A stretch of DNA of 64,000 bases from Mageeibacillus sp. UBA5734 (GCA_002419365.1 DIGA01000117.1:12261-76260), one strand, 5' to 3'. Shown: positions 8,962 to 18,916, counted from the stretch's first letter. Numbers and translations are program-made. The notes: a model not told the origin generated them from the letters alone.

Positions 8962-9990
8962 TCAGGCCAAATCGGCGATGGTCAGGACCAGTTCACGTGA
9001 ATCTTGCCAACCCAGGCAAGGATCGGTGATGGACTTGCCGAATACGCCGCCGCCGATGGACTGGCTGCCTTCTTCGATGTAGCTTTCGATCATCAGGCCT
9101 TTGACCAGGCTTCTGATTTCGGGTGACAGGCGTCTGCTGTGCAACACTTCTTTGGCGATGCGGGGCTGTTCTTTGAAGCGTTTGTTGGAATTGGAGTGGT
9201 TGGTGTCGATCAAACAGGCTGGATTGGCCAGTTCACGCTGGCTGTACATCTTCGCCAGCATCTGGAGATCTTCATAATGGTAGTTGGGGATCGAGCGGCC
9301 GGAATGGTCGACGGCACCGCGCAGGATGGCATGGGCCAGGGGATTGCCGCTGGTGCGGACCTGGTAGCCCTGGTAGGCAAAGACATGCCCATGCTGGGCG
9401 GCGTAGATCCCATTGAGCATGACGCTCAAGTCACCACTGGTCGGGTTTTTCATGCCGGCAGGCATATCGATGCCGCTGACCGTCAGGCGGTGCTGCTGGT
9501 TTTCGACCGACCGGGCACCAATGGCTACATAAGACAACAGGTCAGCCAGGTAGGTATGGTTTTCCGGGTAGAGCATTTCATCTGCTGCCGACAGGCCCGT
9601 CTGCTCGATCGCGTGCAAATGCAGGCGGCGCAGGGCAATCAGGCCACCCACCATGTCGGGCTCGCGTTCCGGGTCTGGCTGGTGGGAAATGCCTTTATAA
9701 CCCTCTCCTGTTGTGCGCGGTTTGTTGGTGTAGATGCGCGGCACGAGCACGAGACGGTCGGCAACCTCCTCTTGCAACACGGACAAGCGGTGGCAATATT
9801 CCAGAACGGGTTCTTCGGAATCTGCCGAGCAAGGACCGATGATCAACAGGAATTTGTCTGACTGGCCGGTCAGGATGTCCTGGATCTCCTGGTCGCGCCG
9901 GGCTTTGATCGCCAGTACGCTTTCCGTGGCAGGGAACTGGCGGATGATTTCTTCGGAACTAGGGATGCGGGTGATGTATTCAAAACCCAT
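8962..9990 (-). CDS. aroF: 3-deoxy-7-phosphoheptulonate (DAHP) synthase, class I-alpha
   Basis: IIGPCS, YTNKPRT, IGARSVENQ, GMKN, DTNHSNS and SITDPCLGW motifs. ATG 9990 follows AGGAG. Confidence 0.9.
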   Translation of the reverse strand: MGFEYITRIPSSEEIIRQFPATESVLAIKARRDQEIQDILTGQSDKFLLIIGPCSADSEEPVLEYCHRLSVLQEEVADRLVLVPRIYTNKPRTTGEGYKGISHQPDPEREPDMVGGLIALRRLHLHAIEQTGLSAADEMLYPENHTYLADLLSYVAIGARSVENQQHRLTVSGIDMPAGMKNPTSGDLSVMLNGIYAAQHGHVFAYQGYQVRTSGNPLAHAILRGAVDHSGRSIPNYHYEDLQMLAKMYSQRELANPACLIDTNHSNSNKRFKEQPRIAKEVLHSRRLSPEIRSLVKGLMIESYIEEGSQSIGGGVFGKSITDPCLGWQDSRELVLTIADLA

Positions 9991-10010
9991 GGGTTCTTCT
10001 CCTCTTTTCT

Positions 10011-10640
10011 TCATGTCGGTTTTACAGCGGCAACATCCGGTATGAAATCATAGACACGGTTCATAAGGTCTTCCCGCTGGATCATTTTATTCAATTCTCT
10101 CGGATTGGTATAGGATAAGATCAGGATATCGGCTTCGCTGTCATCCTGATCCGTACTTTTAATCTTCAGAAACAAAAGGCGCGAATGACTCAGAGACGCA
10201 TATCCACGGCGGATCTTCTCCCGCACCAGGGATAAAAGTCTGGAACTGCCTCCTGACAGCGCTTTGAGGATCTCCCGGTCCGGGAGGGAATGGATCTGGT
10301 CCGCTGTCATGATCACGATCTTGTCAATCTGGTTGCGGGAGCATTGCCAGAGGTCATGATCGGTTTCAAACCGGATGTAATCCGGAGTGAGGAAAAGATT
10401 GACCGGCGTCGGGATCGGAAACGGCAAGCCGCCCAAGTGGCGGACCCGGCTGGCACTGGTTGCACCAAGTTCGTGGCTTCTCAGAATCATTCGGTGATGA
10501 TCCTGATGGCGGCGGAAATTGATGGCAAACAAGGCAATCCCGCTGCCAATGACAAGAGCAGCTGCCTCGGCAGGTGTCAACGAACCTGTCATAGCCAGTA
10601 GCAGACTGCTGATGATCAAGACCAGGATCAGGCCTGTCAA
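10011..10640 (-). CDS. Hypothetical membrane protein (two N-terminal TM segments)
   Basis: 209-aa ORF filling the gap between co-oriented genes; no recognised motif. Confidence 0.6.
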   Translation of the reverse strand: MTGLILVLIISSLLLAMTGSLTPAEAAALVIGSGIALFAINFRRHQDHHRMILRSHELGATSASRVRHLGGLPFPIPTPVNLFLTPDYIRFETDHDLWQCSRNQIDKIVIMTADQIHSLPDREILKALSGGSSRLLSLVREKIRRGYASLSHSRLLFLKIKSTDQDDSEADILILSYTNPRELNKMIQREDLMNRVYDFIPDVAAVKPT

Positions 10641-10680
10641 ATCGGTACACCTTCCTCATCTTTTGGATCAAACGATTGTA

Positions 10681-11475
10681 TCACAACTTTCCAGTTGCTC
10701 CCAGAACTTCTGTGACTGATTTGAACAGAGTCCAGGGTTCCTGATCAGGGGGTGGCAGCTGAAAGATCAGCCGTTGCTGGCTCAGAGGATGCAGAAACGA
10801 AACTTGAGCAGCTTGCAGCGCAATCTGTCCTGGTTTGGCTTCAAGGAACTGGCTTCCGTATTTGCCATCGTTGATGATGGGACACCCGAGATGGGACAGC
10901 TGGACACGGATCTGATGATGCCGTCCGGTCATCAATTCGACGGTCAACCAGGCAAGATCTTGCCCTTGCCAGGTGATCCGGCCAGCAACCTGGAAGGATA
11001 AGCGGGCTGTTTTCTTGTCTTTGACAGGATCCTGGGCGGCAACGACCCGGCTGGTGTTTTGACCTGGCAGCTTGACCAGATCGTTGACCAGCTGGCCGCT
11101 TGGCTGCTGAGGCGCGGGGCTGACCAGCGCCCGGTAGACTTTCCGGAATTCACCCCTGGCCATCTGGCGCGTCAAAGCGGTCTGGGCTGCGGCCGTTTTG
11201 GCCAGGACAACAAGACCTGCGACCGGTCTGTCCAGGCGGTGGACCAGGAAAAGGGGGTCACGGGGGTGGCTTTCCTGGAGCTGGTCCAGCACATTGTCCG
11301 AGCCTGCCTTGTCAGGCTGTACGGCCAGACCCGCTGGCTTGGCAACAACCAAGATGGTTTCATCTTCAAAAACCACAGGCACGGGCAATTGGGCCGGCGA
11401 TGAGCGCTTCTGTCTGACTGGGGACCGCGGCTGATCCCAGAAGCTGGCATCAAATGAAAGTGAACCTGGCATCAT
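10681..11475 (-). CDS. RluA-family pseudouridine synthase
   Basis: VVAKPAG, VHRLDRPVAG, TGRHHQIRVQL and ALQA motifs. Confidence 0.92.
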   Translation of the reverse strand: MMPGSLSFDASFWDQPRSPVRQKRSSPAQLPVPVVFEDETILVVAKPAGLAVQPDKAGSDNVLDQLQESHPRDPLFLVHRLDRPVAGLVVLAKTAAAQTALTRQMARGEFRKVYRALVSPAPQQPSGQLVNDLVKLPGQNTSRVVAAQDPVKDKKTARLSFQVAGRITWQGQDLAWLTVELMTGRHHQIRVQLSHLGCPIINDGKYGSQFLEAKPGQIALQAAQVSFLHPLSQQRLIFQLPPPDQEPWTLFKSVTEVLGATGKL

Positions 11476-11483
11476 TCGATCCT

Positions 11484-12032
11484 TCAGGCGAGCAAATACC
11501 GCTGCAAGGCCCGGCGTTTAGCCTGGGCTCCGGGCAACAGTTGTTCCAGCTGGCGATGAAAACGCGGGCTGTGGTCAAAATGGATCAGATGGCACAACTC
11601 ATGGACGACGATGTATTCGAGCAGATCATCAGGCAAGAGTCCTGCACAAAGATTGATGGATATGACACCGCTTTTGCTGCAACTCCCCCAGCGTCTTTTC
11701 TGGCGCCGGATGATCAGTTGTGCGGGTGCCAGACGGGGAAAGCGCTGGATGACATCCATGGCCTTCTGTCTGGTCTGGTGGCGCAAGGCAGCGATCTGGT
11801 CTGCACCTAGAGGAATCTGGACTGGAATCAGGCGGCTGTTTTCCGTCATTTTGCGCTTGATCCAGGCTTCCTTTTCCTGGATGAAACGCTGGATGTCAGC
11901 CAGCGGCATTTTCAGGCCACAGCGCACTTCCAGCTGGTTATCAGGGTGCAGCACCAGGGCCATGGTCTTGCGCCGGCTGCGGATGACCGTATAGGGTATG
12001 GCGATCTCAGGCAAAAGGTCAGGCTTGGCCAT
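11484..12032 (-). CDS. M48/SprT-like (YgjP/DUF45) zinc metallopeptidase family
   Basis: SRRKTMAL, RWGSCS and YIVVHELCHLIHFDHSPRF motifs. Start moved to ATG 12032. Confidence 0.85.
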   Translation of the reverse strand: MAKPDLLPEIAIPYTVIRSRRKTMALVLHPDNQLEVRCGLKMPLADIQRFIQEKEAWIKRKMTENSRLIPVQIPLGADQIAALRHQTRQKAMDVIQRFPRLAPAQLIIRRQKRRWGSCSKSGVISINLCAGLLPDDLLEYIVVHELCHLIHFDHSPRFHRQLEQLLPGAQAKRRALQRYLLA

Positions 12033-12876
12033 AACCTTGGTCGAGGCATCTCTGGGCTCGTTCGGCAGCTTTGCCCCCCAGCTTGATTTGTTCAGCCAGG
12101 AAATCCGGATGTTCGGACAAAAACCGGACCATGTACTGGTGCGGGTCCTGAATGAAACGAATGACCTGATCCGTCTGTTCCTGTGACAACAGTCCAACCG
12201 AGGTGGCCTGTTCAAACAAATCCAGATCGATTTTTGCCAGGGCGGTCAACTCAACGCCTGCCTGTTGGAGAATTTCCCGGCCCCCCTGGTCACGGTCGAC
12301 CACGACCGCTGTGTCCGAGATGGATCCACCCAGACGGGCGATGGCAGGCAGCCAGGCTCTCGTATAGCTGGATGCCTCGGTCACCAGGTCAGCAACATGC
12401 AGGAATGTCTGTCCCTTCAGGTCATTGTCAGACAATTCGCGCACGGCCTGGAAATTCTGGTCGCTCCAGTAAGCCCTGCCATCCTTGAGAATGGCGACAT
12501 GAGGTTTGCCAGTCCGTGCGGCCACCGGAATGGAAAAGAAGTAATCCCGCCTTTCACCACCGGATACAACATCAAAATCGAGGGTGGAAACGGCATCGAC
12601 CATCTGGTCGATGACTGCTTTGAAAACAGGCTGCTGCTGGTAATGCTCCAGAATCACTGCGGCGAGCATGCCCGGTAATTCAAGAGGTGTCTGAACAGCC
12701 TGCTCGATCAGGGTCAGGAGCTGGTTGGCCTGGGCTTCACTGCCATACAGGAAATGGGTGTTGATGTAATAGGGCCCAAGGGTGCCGGACGTATACCAGA
12801 ATGGCTGGTCAGCCGGACTGACCCGGACGGCCATGGTATCGAACAATGCTTTGATGATCGATTGATCTTGTTCCAC
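12019..12876 (-). CDS. pyrE: Orotate phosphoribosyltransferase (long, atypical clostridial type)
   Basis: Last gene of the pyr operon; PFWYTSG..GPYYIN and VVVDRDQGG; the PRPP loop reads VADLVTEASS. Confidence 0.75.
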   Translation of the reverse strand: MEQDQSIIKALFDTMAVRVSPADQPFWYTSGTLGPYYINTHFLYGSEAQANQLLTLIEQAVQTPLELPGMLAAVILEHYQQQPVFKAVIDQMVDAVSTLDFDVVSGGERRDYFFSIPVAARTGKPHVAILKDGRAYWSDQNFQAVRELSDNDLKGQTFLHVADLVTEASSYTRAWLPAIARLGGSISDTAVVVDRDQGGREILQQAGVELTALAKIDLDLFEQATSVGLLSQEQTDQVIRFIQDPHQYMVRFLSEHPDFLAEQIKLGGKAAERAQRCLDQGYGQA

Positions 12877-12915
12877 GGAATAATTCCTCCAAAAAGTCCT
12901 GATGCAAACAGGATA

Positions 12916-13830
12916 TCATGACCAGGGTTGCAGCAGACCTGTGTATTGGCTCAATTGATCCATCTTTTCCGAGCGGGCGATTGATTCCATCTCTATAATG
13001 ACATCATGACAGGCTGTCGGCTTGATGAGATTGGCAGTTCCGACTTGGACTGCAGCGGCTCCAGCGAGCATGAATTCGATCGCATCCTCCCCGTTCATGA
13101 TCCCACCCATGCCGATGACCGGGATCCGGACGGCCCGGTAGACATCCCAGACCATACGCAAGGCGACGGGCTTGACAGCAGGGCCAGACAAACCGCCGGT
13201 ATTGTTACGCAAAACCGGACGGCGCGCCTTGCGGTCGATGGACAGTCCCAGCAGTGTATTGATCAGACTGACTGCATCAGCGCCAGCGGCTTCAGCAGCC
13301 AGGGCCATGTCTGCGATGCTGGTGACATTGGGTGTAAGTTTAACCCAGAGCGGTTTGTGGGTCTTGGACCGGACCGCGCGGACCACTTCTTCGATCATGG
13401 GAGCTGAACTGCCGAAAGCCATGCAGCCTTTGCTGACATTGGGACAGGACAGGTTCAATTCGATCCCGTCCACATTGGTGGCATCAAGCTGTTCAGCCAT
13501 GGCAACGTTTTCTTCCAGCGAATGGCCGGCAATATTGGCCACGATCGTGGTGCCGAGACTTTTCATGAAAGGAAGCTCGGTGGAGATGAACGCCTGGAGC
13601 CCTGGATTTTGCAAGCCGACACTGTTCAACAAGCCGCCTGACGTTTCGGCCACCCTGGGAGGATCATTGCCCAGGCGAGGATTCAAGGTCAAGCCCTTGG
13701 AGCTGATCGCCCCCAGTTCAGACAGGTCGTTCCACTGCTGCATTTCCCGGCCGAAACCGAAGGTTCCGGAGGCAGCAATGACCGGATTTTTCAGAGTCAG
13801 AGCCCCAATCTTGACAGCCAGGTTCACCAT
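12916..13830 (-). CDS. pyrD: Dihydroorotate dehydrogenase (family 1B) catalytic subunit
   Basis: ASGTFGFG, NSVGLQNPG, ELNLSCPN, VKLTPN and GGLSGPAVKP motifs. ATG 13830 overlaps the pyrK stop. Confidence 0.95.
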   Translation of the reverse strand: MVNLAVKIGALTLKNPVIAASGTFGFGREMQQWNDLSELGAISSKGLTLNPRLGNDPPRVAETSGGLLNSVGLQNPGLQAFISTELPFMKSLGTTIVANIAGHSLEENVAMAEQLDATNVDGIELNLSCPNVSKGCMAFGSSAPMIEEVVRAVRSKTHKPLWVKLTPNVTSIADMALAAEAAGADAVSLINTLLGLSIDRKARRPVLRNNTGGLSGPAVKPVALRMVWDVYRAVRIPVIGMGGIMNGEDAIEFMLAGAAAVQVGTANLIKPTACHDVIIEMESIARSEKMDQLSQYTGLLQPWS

Positions 13831-14612
13831 ACGACAGCCTCCGCCGGAAAGACCGGTCCTTCGACACAGCATCGCTGATGACTGATCTCCCCTGTTGCTT
13901 GTTCCTTGATTTTGCAGACACAGACGAGACAGATGCCGATGCCACAGCCCATGCGCTCCTCGAGGGAGACCTGGCAAGGCAAACCAGCCCGGGCTGCCCG
14001 TTCAGCCACCGCCTGCATCATGATTTTCGGACCACAGGTCAGGATGACTGTCCCTTCCACTGGACCGAGATCCGCCAGGACTTTATCCAGCGCCATGGCT
14101 GCGTGGCCTTCTATATCCATGCCGCCGGTGTCCGAGGCAAAAATGGATTGGCTGGCAACGTGGCGGAATTCATCGACGAGGATGGCGTCTTGAGGGCTGC
14201 GGTAACCGCAGACCGCCACCGTTTCGACACCAGCTGCCTGGCAATGCTCCTGGACAAAATACAGTGGGAATACGCCTGTTCCGCCACCGACCGTGATGAC
14301 CCGGCGGTAGCCATCCAGATCAAAACCATGGCCCAAGGGGCCCAGGACTGACACGACAGCACCCGGTTTAAAATCCTTGAATTCCTGTGTCCCTTTTCCT
14401 TTGACCTGGATGCCGATCTGGAACGTACCGTTGATCCGGTCGACCGCCATGACGCCAAAGGGCCGGCGCAGGAACTGCTGGCAAGACACATTGACAAACT
14501 GGCCTGGCTGGGCAGTCCGGCTGATGGCCTCCCCCTGTAGCGTCCATATGAAAAATTGGTCGTTCAGAGTCTTGTTTTCGAGGACGGTGCACGCCCATTC
14601 GATCTGCTGCAT
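13824..14612 (-). CDS. pyrK: Dihydroorotate dehydrogenase electron transfer subunit
   Basis: PGQFV, LRRPF, GPLGHGF, GGGTG, CGP..MM, MGCGIGICLVC and CVEGPVF motifs. Confidence 0.95.
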   Translation of the reverse strand: MQQIEWACTVLENKTLNDQFFIWTLQGEAISRTAQPGQFVNVSCQQFLRRPFGVMAVDRINGTFQIGIQVKGKGTQEFKDFKPGAVVSVLGPLGHGFDLDGYRRVITVGGGTGVFPLYFVQEHCQAAGVETVAVCGYRSPQDAILVDEFRHVASQSIFASDTGGMDIEGHAAMALDKVLADLGPVEGTVILTCGPKIMMQAVAERAARAGLPCQVSLEERMGCGIGICLVCVCKIKEQATGEISHQRCCVEGPVFPAEAVVW

Positions 14613-14624
14613 ACCAATATCCTC

Positions 14625-17600
14625 TTACTTTTTCAGCATGTCATTTTGCATGGGCATTTCATTTAAAGGCAAAATGTTTTCCCGGGTTGCAGCTACAATA
14701 TCAGCAAAAACCTGGATCTCATAGGGCTTGAGGTCGGCAGGCGTCATTTCTCGCTCCAGGCATTCTACTACAGCCACCAGGGTGTCCAAGGAGGTGATGG
14801 TTGCAATCCCGTGCTCAATCGCGTGGCGGCGCAGACGGAATCCTTCACGGTCATCATTGGAAGTCGAGTTCTCCGTGTTGATCAGCAACTTGACCGTTCC
14901 CTGGTCGATCATGTCAACGGTGGACGGATGACCTTCGAGAGCCCGGCGCGAGATGCTGCAGGGAATGCCGTATTTGTTGAGGTAATTGGCGGTGCCACCG
15001 GTGCCATAGAGTTCATAGCCCAGGTTGTTGAGGCGGCTGGCCAGTGGAACAAGATCCGGTTTGTCACTGTCCCTGACTGTCATCAGGATACCGGCACCTT
15101 TGGGCGGGAATTTGAAATTGGAAGCAAGGATCGCCTTGTACATGGCTTCACTGTACGTTGTAGACAGGCCAAGAACCTCGCCGGTGCTTTTCATTTCCGG
15201 GCCGAGGCTGGTGTCGACATCATGCAGTTTTTCAAAGGAGAAAACGGGAGCCTTGATGGCATAGACCGCAGGGTAGCGGGCGAAGAGTCCTGTGCCGTAT
15301 TCAAAGTCCTTCAAGCGCGCTCCCATCATGACGCGTGTCGCCAGATCGACAATCGGGATGCCAGTGACTTTGCTGATGTAGGGCACGGTCCGTGACGAAC
15401 GCGGATTGACCTCGATCACGTAGACCTCATCATTATACAGGATGAACTGGATGTTGATCAGGCCGATGACCTTGATGGCCCGGGCCAGTTTTCGTGTATG
15501 ATCGACCAGAATATCGCGGATCCGCTCCGAGATGTAGGCCGGGAAGATCGAAATCGAGTCGCCCGAGTGGACGCCAGCGCGCTCGAGGTGCTCCATGATC
15601 CCAGGAATCAAAATGTCTTCGCCATCAGAAACCGCATCGACTTCGAGCTCGACACCCATCAAGTACTTGTCGACCAGGATCGGGTTTTCCTGTTCGACCA
15701 GGTTGATAATCCGCATGTATTCGATCATGTCCGTATCATTGTGGACGATGGCCATGCCCTGGCCGCCCAGGACATAGGAGGGCCGGACGAGAACGGGATA
15801 ACCGAGGCTGGCAGCAGCAGCGAGCGCTTCATCAGCGGTGCGGACCGTCGTGCCACTCGGGCGCTTGATCTCGCATTCCTCCAGGATGGCGTCGAAGCGC
15901 TGGCGGTCTTCCGCTGCATCGACCCCATCGGCGGAGGTGCCGAAAATCGGCAGGCCCATCTCGGTCACTGCCTTGATCAGCTTGATGGCTGTCTGGCCGC
16001 CAAACTGGCAAATCGCTCCATCTGGTTTTTCATTTTCAATGATCGCGCGCACATCGTCCGGTGTCAGAGGTTCGAAATAAAGCCGGTCAGAGGTATCGAA
16101 ATCGGTCGAAACAGTCTCTGGATTGTTGTTGGCGATGATCGCTTCATAGCCCAGTTCGCGCAAAGCCCAGACAGAATGGACCGAGCAGTAGTCAAACTCG
16201 ATCCCCTGGCCGATCCGGATCGGGCCGGAACCAAGCACGAGGACTTTCTTGCGTTCGGTGCGGATGGCTTCGTTCTTCATATCGAAGGTTGAGTAGAAAT
16301 ACGGCGTCACGGCGTCATACTCGCCGGCACAGGTATCAACCATTTTATAGGTATGGACCAGGCCCAGGTCCTTGCGGCGCTGGCGGATCCTGTCAGCCGG
16401 AATCCCGCTCAGCTTGGCAATCCAGGAGTCGGTGAAGGCCATACGGACTGCCCTGGTCAGCAGAGCATCATCGATGGTTTTCATCCCATTGATGGCTGTT
16501 TCGACCGCGACCAGGCTGGACAGTTTTTTGAGGAAGAATTTGTCGATCCAGGTCCGATCATAGATCTCATCGAGCGAAAAACCACGCCGGATGCCTTCCG
16601 CAACCGCAAACAGGCGCATATCATCGGCCTGGATCATGCGCGGCCAGAGATCATGGTCAGACAGCTCCATCATCAGCGGCAACCTCAGCCCATAAAGCCC
16701 CAGCTCGAGGGAGCGGATGGCTTTCATCAGGGACGCTTCAAAGGTATTGGCGATCGCCATGACCTCGCCGGTCGCCTTCATCTGAGTGCCCAGGGTACGC
16801 CGCGCTTTGATAAATTTGTCAAATGGCCATTTCGGGATCTTGGTGACAATGTAGTCGACCGCGGGTTCAAAGCTGGCCTTCGTGGTACCGGTGACTTCGT
16901 TGGGAATTTCATCGAGCGCATAACCGACTGCGATACGTGAGGCAACCTTGGCAATCGGATACCCGGTGGCCTTGGATGCCAGGGCCGAACTGCGCGACAA
17001 ACGGGGATTGACTTCGATGACGGCATAGTCGACCTGGGTCGGATGCTGGGCGAACTGGACATTGCAGCCACCGACAATCCCCAGCTCGGTGACGATTTTC
17101 AAAGCCGCGGTGCGCAGCTTCTGGTATTCGAGATCGGTCAAAGTCTGGGCCGGCGCCACAACAATCGAGTCACCGGTATGGACGCCAACGGGGTCGAAGT
17201 TTTCCATGCTGCAGATGGTGATGGCATTGCCCTTGGCATCACGGACCGCTTCAAATTCGATTTCCTTCCAGCCAGCGATGCTGCGTTCAATCAAGACCTG
17301 GTGCACCCGGCTGGCATTGAGGCCGGACACGGCAAACTGGCGCAGCGCTTTTTCGTCAGCTGCGATGCCGCCACCCGTTCCACCCAGGGTGAAAGCAGGC
17401 CGGACAATGACCGGATAGCCGATCTCCTCAGCCAAACGCAAGCATTCTTCGAGATTGTTGGCGGTACCGGACGGGATGCACGGTTCGTTGATCCGCAGCA
17501 TCGCGGCACGGAATTCCTCGCGGTCTTCACCCATCCGGATCCCTGCAGCTGGTGTGCCCAGCATGGCAATGTTGTGCTGATCCAAAAATCCGGATTCGGA

Positions 17601-17906
17601 CAATTCCATCGCAAAATTCAAACCGGTCTGGCCGCCGAGGGTGGCCAGCAAGCCGTCAACCTTCTCATCCAGCATGATCCTCTGGATGACATCGATTTGC
17701 AGCGGCTCCAGATAGACTTTGTCAGCCATATTGGTGTCGGTCATGATCGTCGCAGGGTTGCTGTTGACCAGGACGACTTCGTACCCTTCAGCTTTCAAGG
17801 CGCGGCAGGCTTGGGTCCCTGCATAATCAAACTCGGCAGCCTGGCCGATGACAATCGGTCCAGAGCCGATGACCATGATTTTATGAATGTCCGTGCGTTT
17901 GGGCAT
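14625..17906 (-). CDS. carB: Carbamoyl-phosphate synthase large subunit
   Basis: MPKRTDIHKIMVIGSGPIVIGQAAEFDYAG, two ATP-grasp halves and a C-terminal MGS domain. Confidence 0.98.
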   Translation of the reverse strand: MPKRTDIHKIMVIGSGPIVIGQAAEFDYAGTQACRALKAEGYEVVLVNSNPATIMTDTNMADKVYLEPLQIDVIQRIMLDEKVDGLLATLGGQTGLNFAMELSESGFLDQHNIAMLGTPAAGIRMGEDREEFRAAMLRINEPCIPSGTANNLEECLRLAEEIGYPVIVRPAFTLGGTGGGIAADEKALRQFAVSGLNASRVHQVLIERSIAGWKEIEFEAVRDAKGNAITICSMENFDPVGVHTGDSIVVAPAQTLTDLEYQKLRTAALKIVTELGIVGGCNVQFAQHPTQVDYAVIEVNPRLSRSSALASKATGYPIAKVASRIAVGYALDEIPNEVTGTTKASFEPAVDYIVTKIPKWPFDKFIKARRTLGTQMKATGEVMAIANTFEASLMKAIRSLELGLYGLRLPLMMELSDHDLWPRMIQADDMRLFAVAEGIRRGFSLDEIYDRTWIDKFFLKKLSSLVAVETAINGMKTIDDALLTRAVRMAFTDSWIAKLSGIPADRIRQRRKDLGLVHTYKMVDTCAGEYDAVTPYFYSTFDMKNEAIRTERKKVLVLGSGPIRIGQGIEFDYCSVHSVWALRELGYEAIIANNNPETVSTDFDTSDRLYFEPLTPDDVRAIIENEKPDGAICQFGGQTAIKLIKAVTEMGLPIFGTSADGVDAAEDRQRFDAILEECEIKRPSGTTVRTADEALAAAASLGYPVLVRPSYVLGGQGMAIVHNDTDMIEYMRIINLVEQENPILVDKYLMGVELEVDAVSDGEDILIPGIMEHLERAGVHSGDSISIFPAYISERIRDILVDHTRKLARAIKVIGLINIQFILYNDEVYVIEVNPRSSRTVPYISKVTGIPIVDLATRVMMGARLKDFEYGTGLFARYPAVYAIKAPVFSFEKLHDVDTSLGPEMKSTGEVLGLSTTYSEAMYKAILASNFKFPPKGAGILMTVRDSDKPDLVPLASRLNNLGYELYGTGGTANYLNKYGIPCSISRRALEGHPSTVDMIDQGTVKLLINTENSTSNDDREGFRLRRHAIEHGIATITSLDTLVAVVECLEREMTPADLKPYEIQVFADIVAATRENILPLNEMPMQNDMLKK

Positions 17907-17936
17907 GTTGATCTCCTTTCAGGAAAAGAGCAAGAA

Positions 17937-17974
17937 TCTGTATAATTATACGTTTCTGTTTATAATTATTCAAT
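17937..17974 (-). promoter_or_regulatory. Internal sigmaA promoter of carB overlapped by tandem ARG-box-like palindromes
   Basis: Minus strand TTGAAT (17973-17968), 17 bp, TATAAT (17950-17945). Two TGnATWWWWATnCA-like cores at 17939-17952 and 17959-17972, each with one mismatch, 20 bp apart. Confidence 0.7.
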
Positions 17975-18916
17975 CGCCCGGCCAGCTCTTTTTAAGGCAC
18001 TGCGCAAATCGTCACGCATGGCGAGCGCCTCCTTTCGCGTGGCTGAGGCAAACGCCTCTGCTGAAAGTCCATACTTTTTATGGGCCAGCATCAAGCTGCG
18101 CGAGGCGTTGACAATGGCACCCTGGCCATCTGGACCAAAGCTGGCGACCGCGTCTTCTGCTGTCGCGCCCTGGGCACCGTAGCCAGGTACCAGGATCAGG
18201 CTGTGGGGCATGATCTGGCGCAGTTTTTCTGCCTGGCGCGGCCAGGTGGCGCCGACAACAGCACCGACCGACGAATAGCCGGACTGGCCAATCAGGTCCT
18301 GGCCCCACTCAGCGACCTTTCCAGCCATTGCTTCATAGACAGTCCGGCCATCATCCAGGACCAGATCCTGGAGATCACCAGCAGAAGGGTTTGAAGTCCG
18401 GACCAGGATATAGACGCCCTGGCCGCCCTTCTGGCATTGGTCGAGGAAGGGCTTGATGCCATCGATCCCGAGATATCCATTCAAGGTGATGCAATCTGCT
18501 CCGATGAAAGACTGGCTGATGGATTCTCCGAGGCTGGTCTGGCCCAGAATGGCCCGGGAGTATGCCTCGGCGGTGCTGCCGATGTCATTGCGTTTGGCAT
18601 CGGCGATAACCAGCAGGCCTTTCGACTGGGCGTAGGTGATGGTTCTCTGCAGAGCTGCAAGCCCTGGCACGCCATACTGTTCGTAATAGGCAAATTGAGG
18701 TTTGACAGCAGGGATCAGATCAGACACGGCATCGATCAGCTGCTGGTTGAACCAGAACAAGGCCAGTCCTGCAGCTTCAGCTGGGTCAGTCGATTCCAAC
18801 GCAGCCTGGTGACGAATGGTCGCCGGGACATAGTCGAGCATCGGGTCGAGACCCATGACGGTCGGATTGCCCGTTTCTTTGATTTTCCGAGTCAGCCGAT
18901 CGGCAAAATTCACCAT
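17966..18916 (-). CDS. pyrF: Orotidine-5'-phosphate decarboxylase
   Basis: MGLDP, VKPQFAYYE, DAKRNDIGST, LVRTSNP, GAVVGAT, LVPGYGAQG and NASRS motifs. Confidence 0.96.
   Translation of the reverse strand: MVNFADRLTRKIKETGNPTVMGLDPMLDYVPATIRHQAALESTDPAEAAGLALFWFNQQLIDAVSDLIPAVKPQFAYYEQYGVPGLAALQRTITYAQSKGLLVIADAKRNDIGSTAEAYSRAILGQTSLGESISQSFIGADCITLNGYLGIDGIKPFLDQCQKGGQGVYILVRTSNPSAGDLQDLVLDDGRTVYEAMAGKVAEWGQDLIGQSGYSSVGAVVGATWPRQAEKLRQIMPHSLILVPGYGAQGATAEDAVASFGPDGQGAIVNASRSLMLAHKKYGLSAEAFASATRKEALAMRDDLRSALKRAGRAIE

Noticed and set aside
12868-12884. parS-like TGTTCCACGG
   Set aside because: Only a half-site matches, and it overlaps the pyrE start codon.
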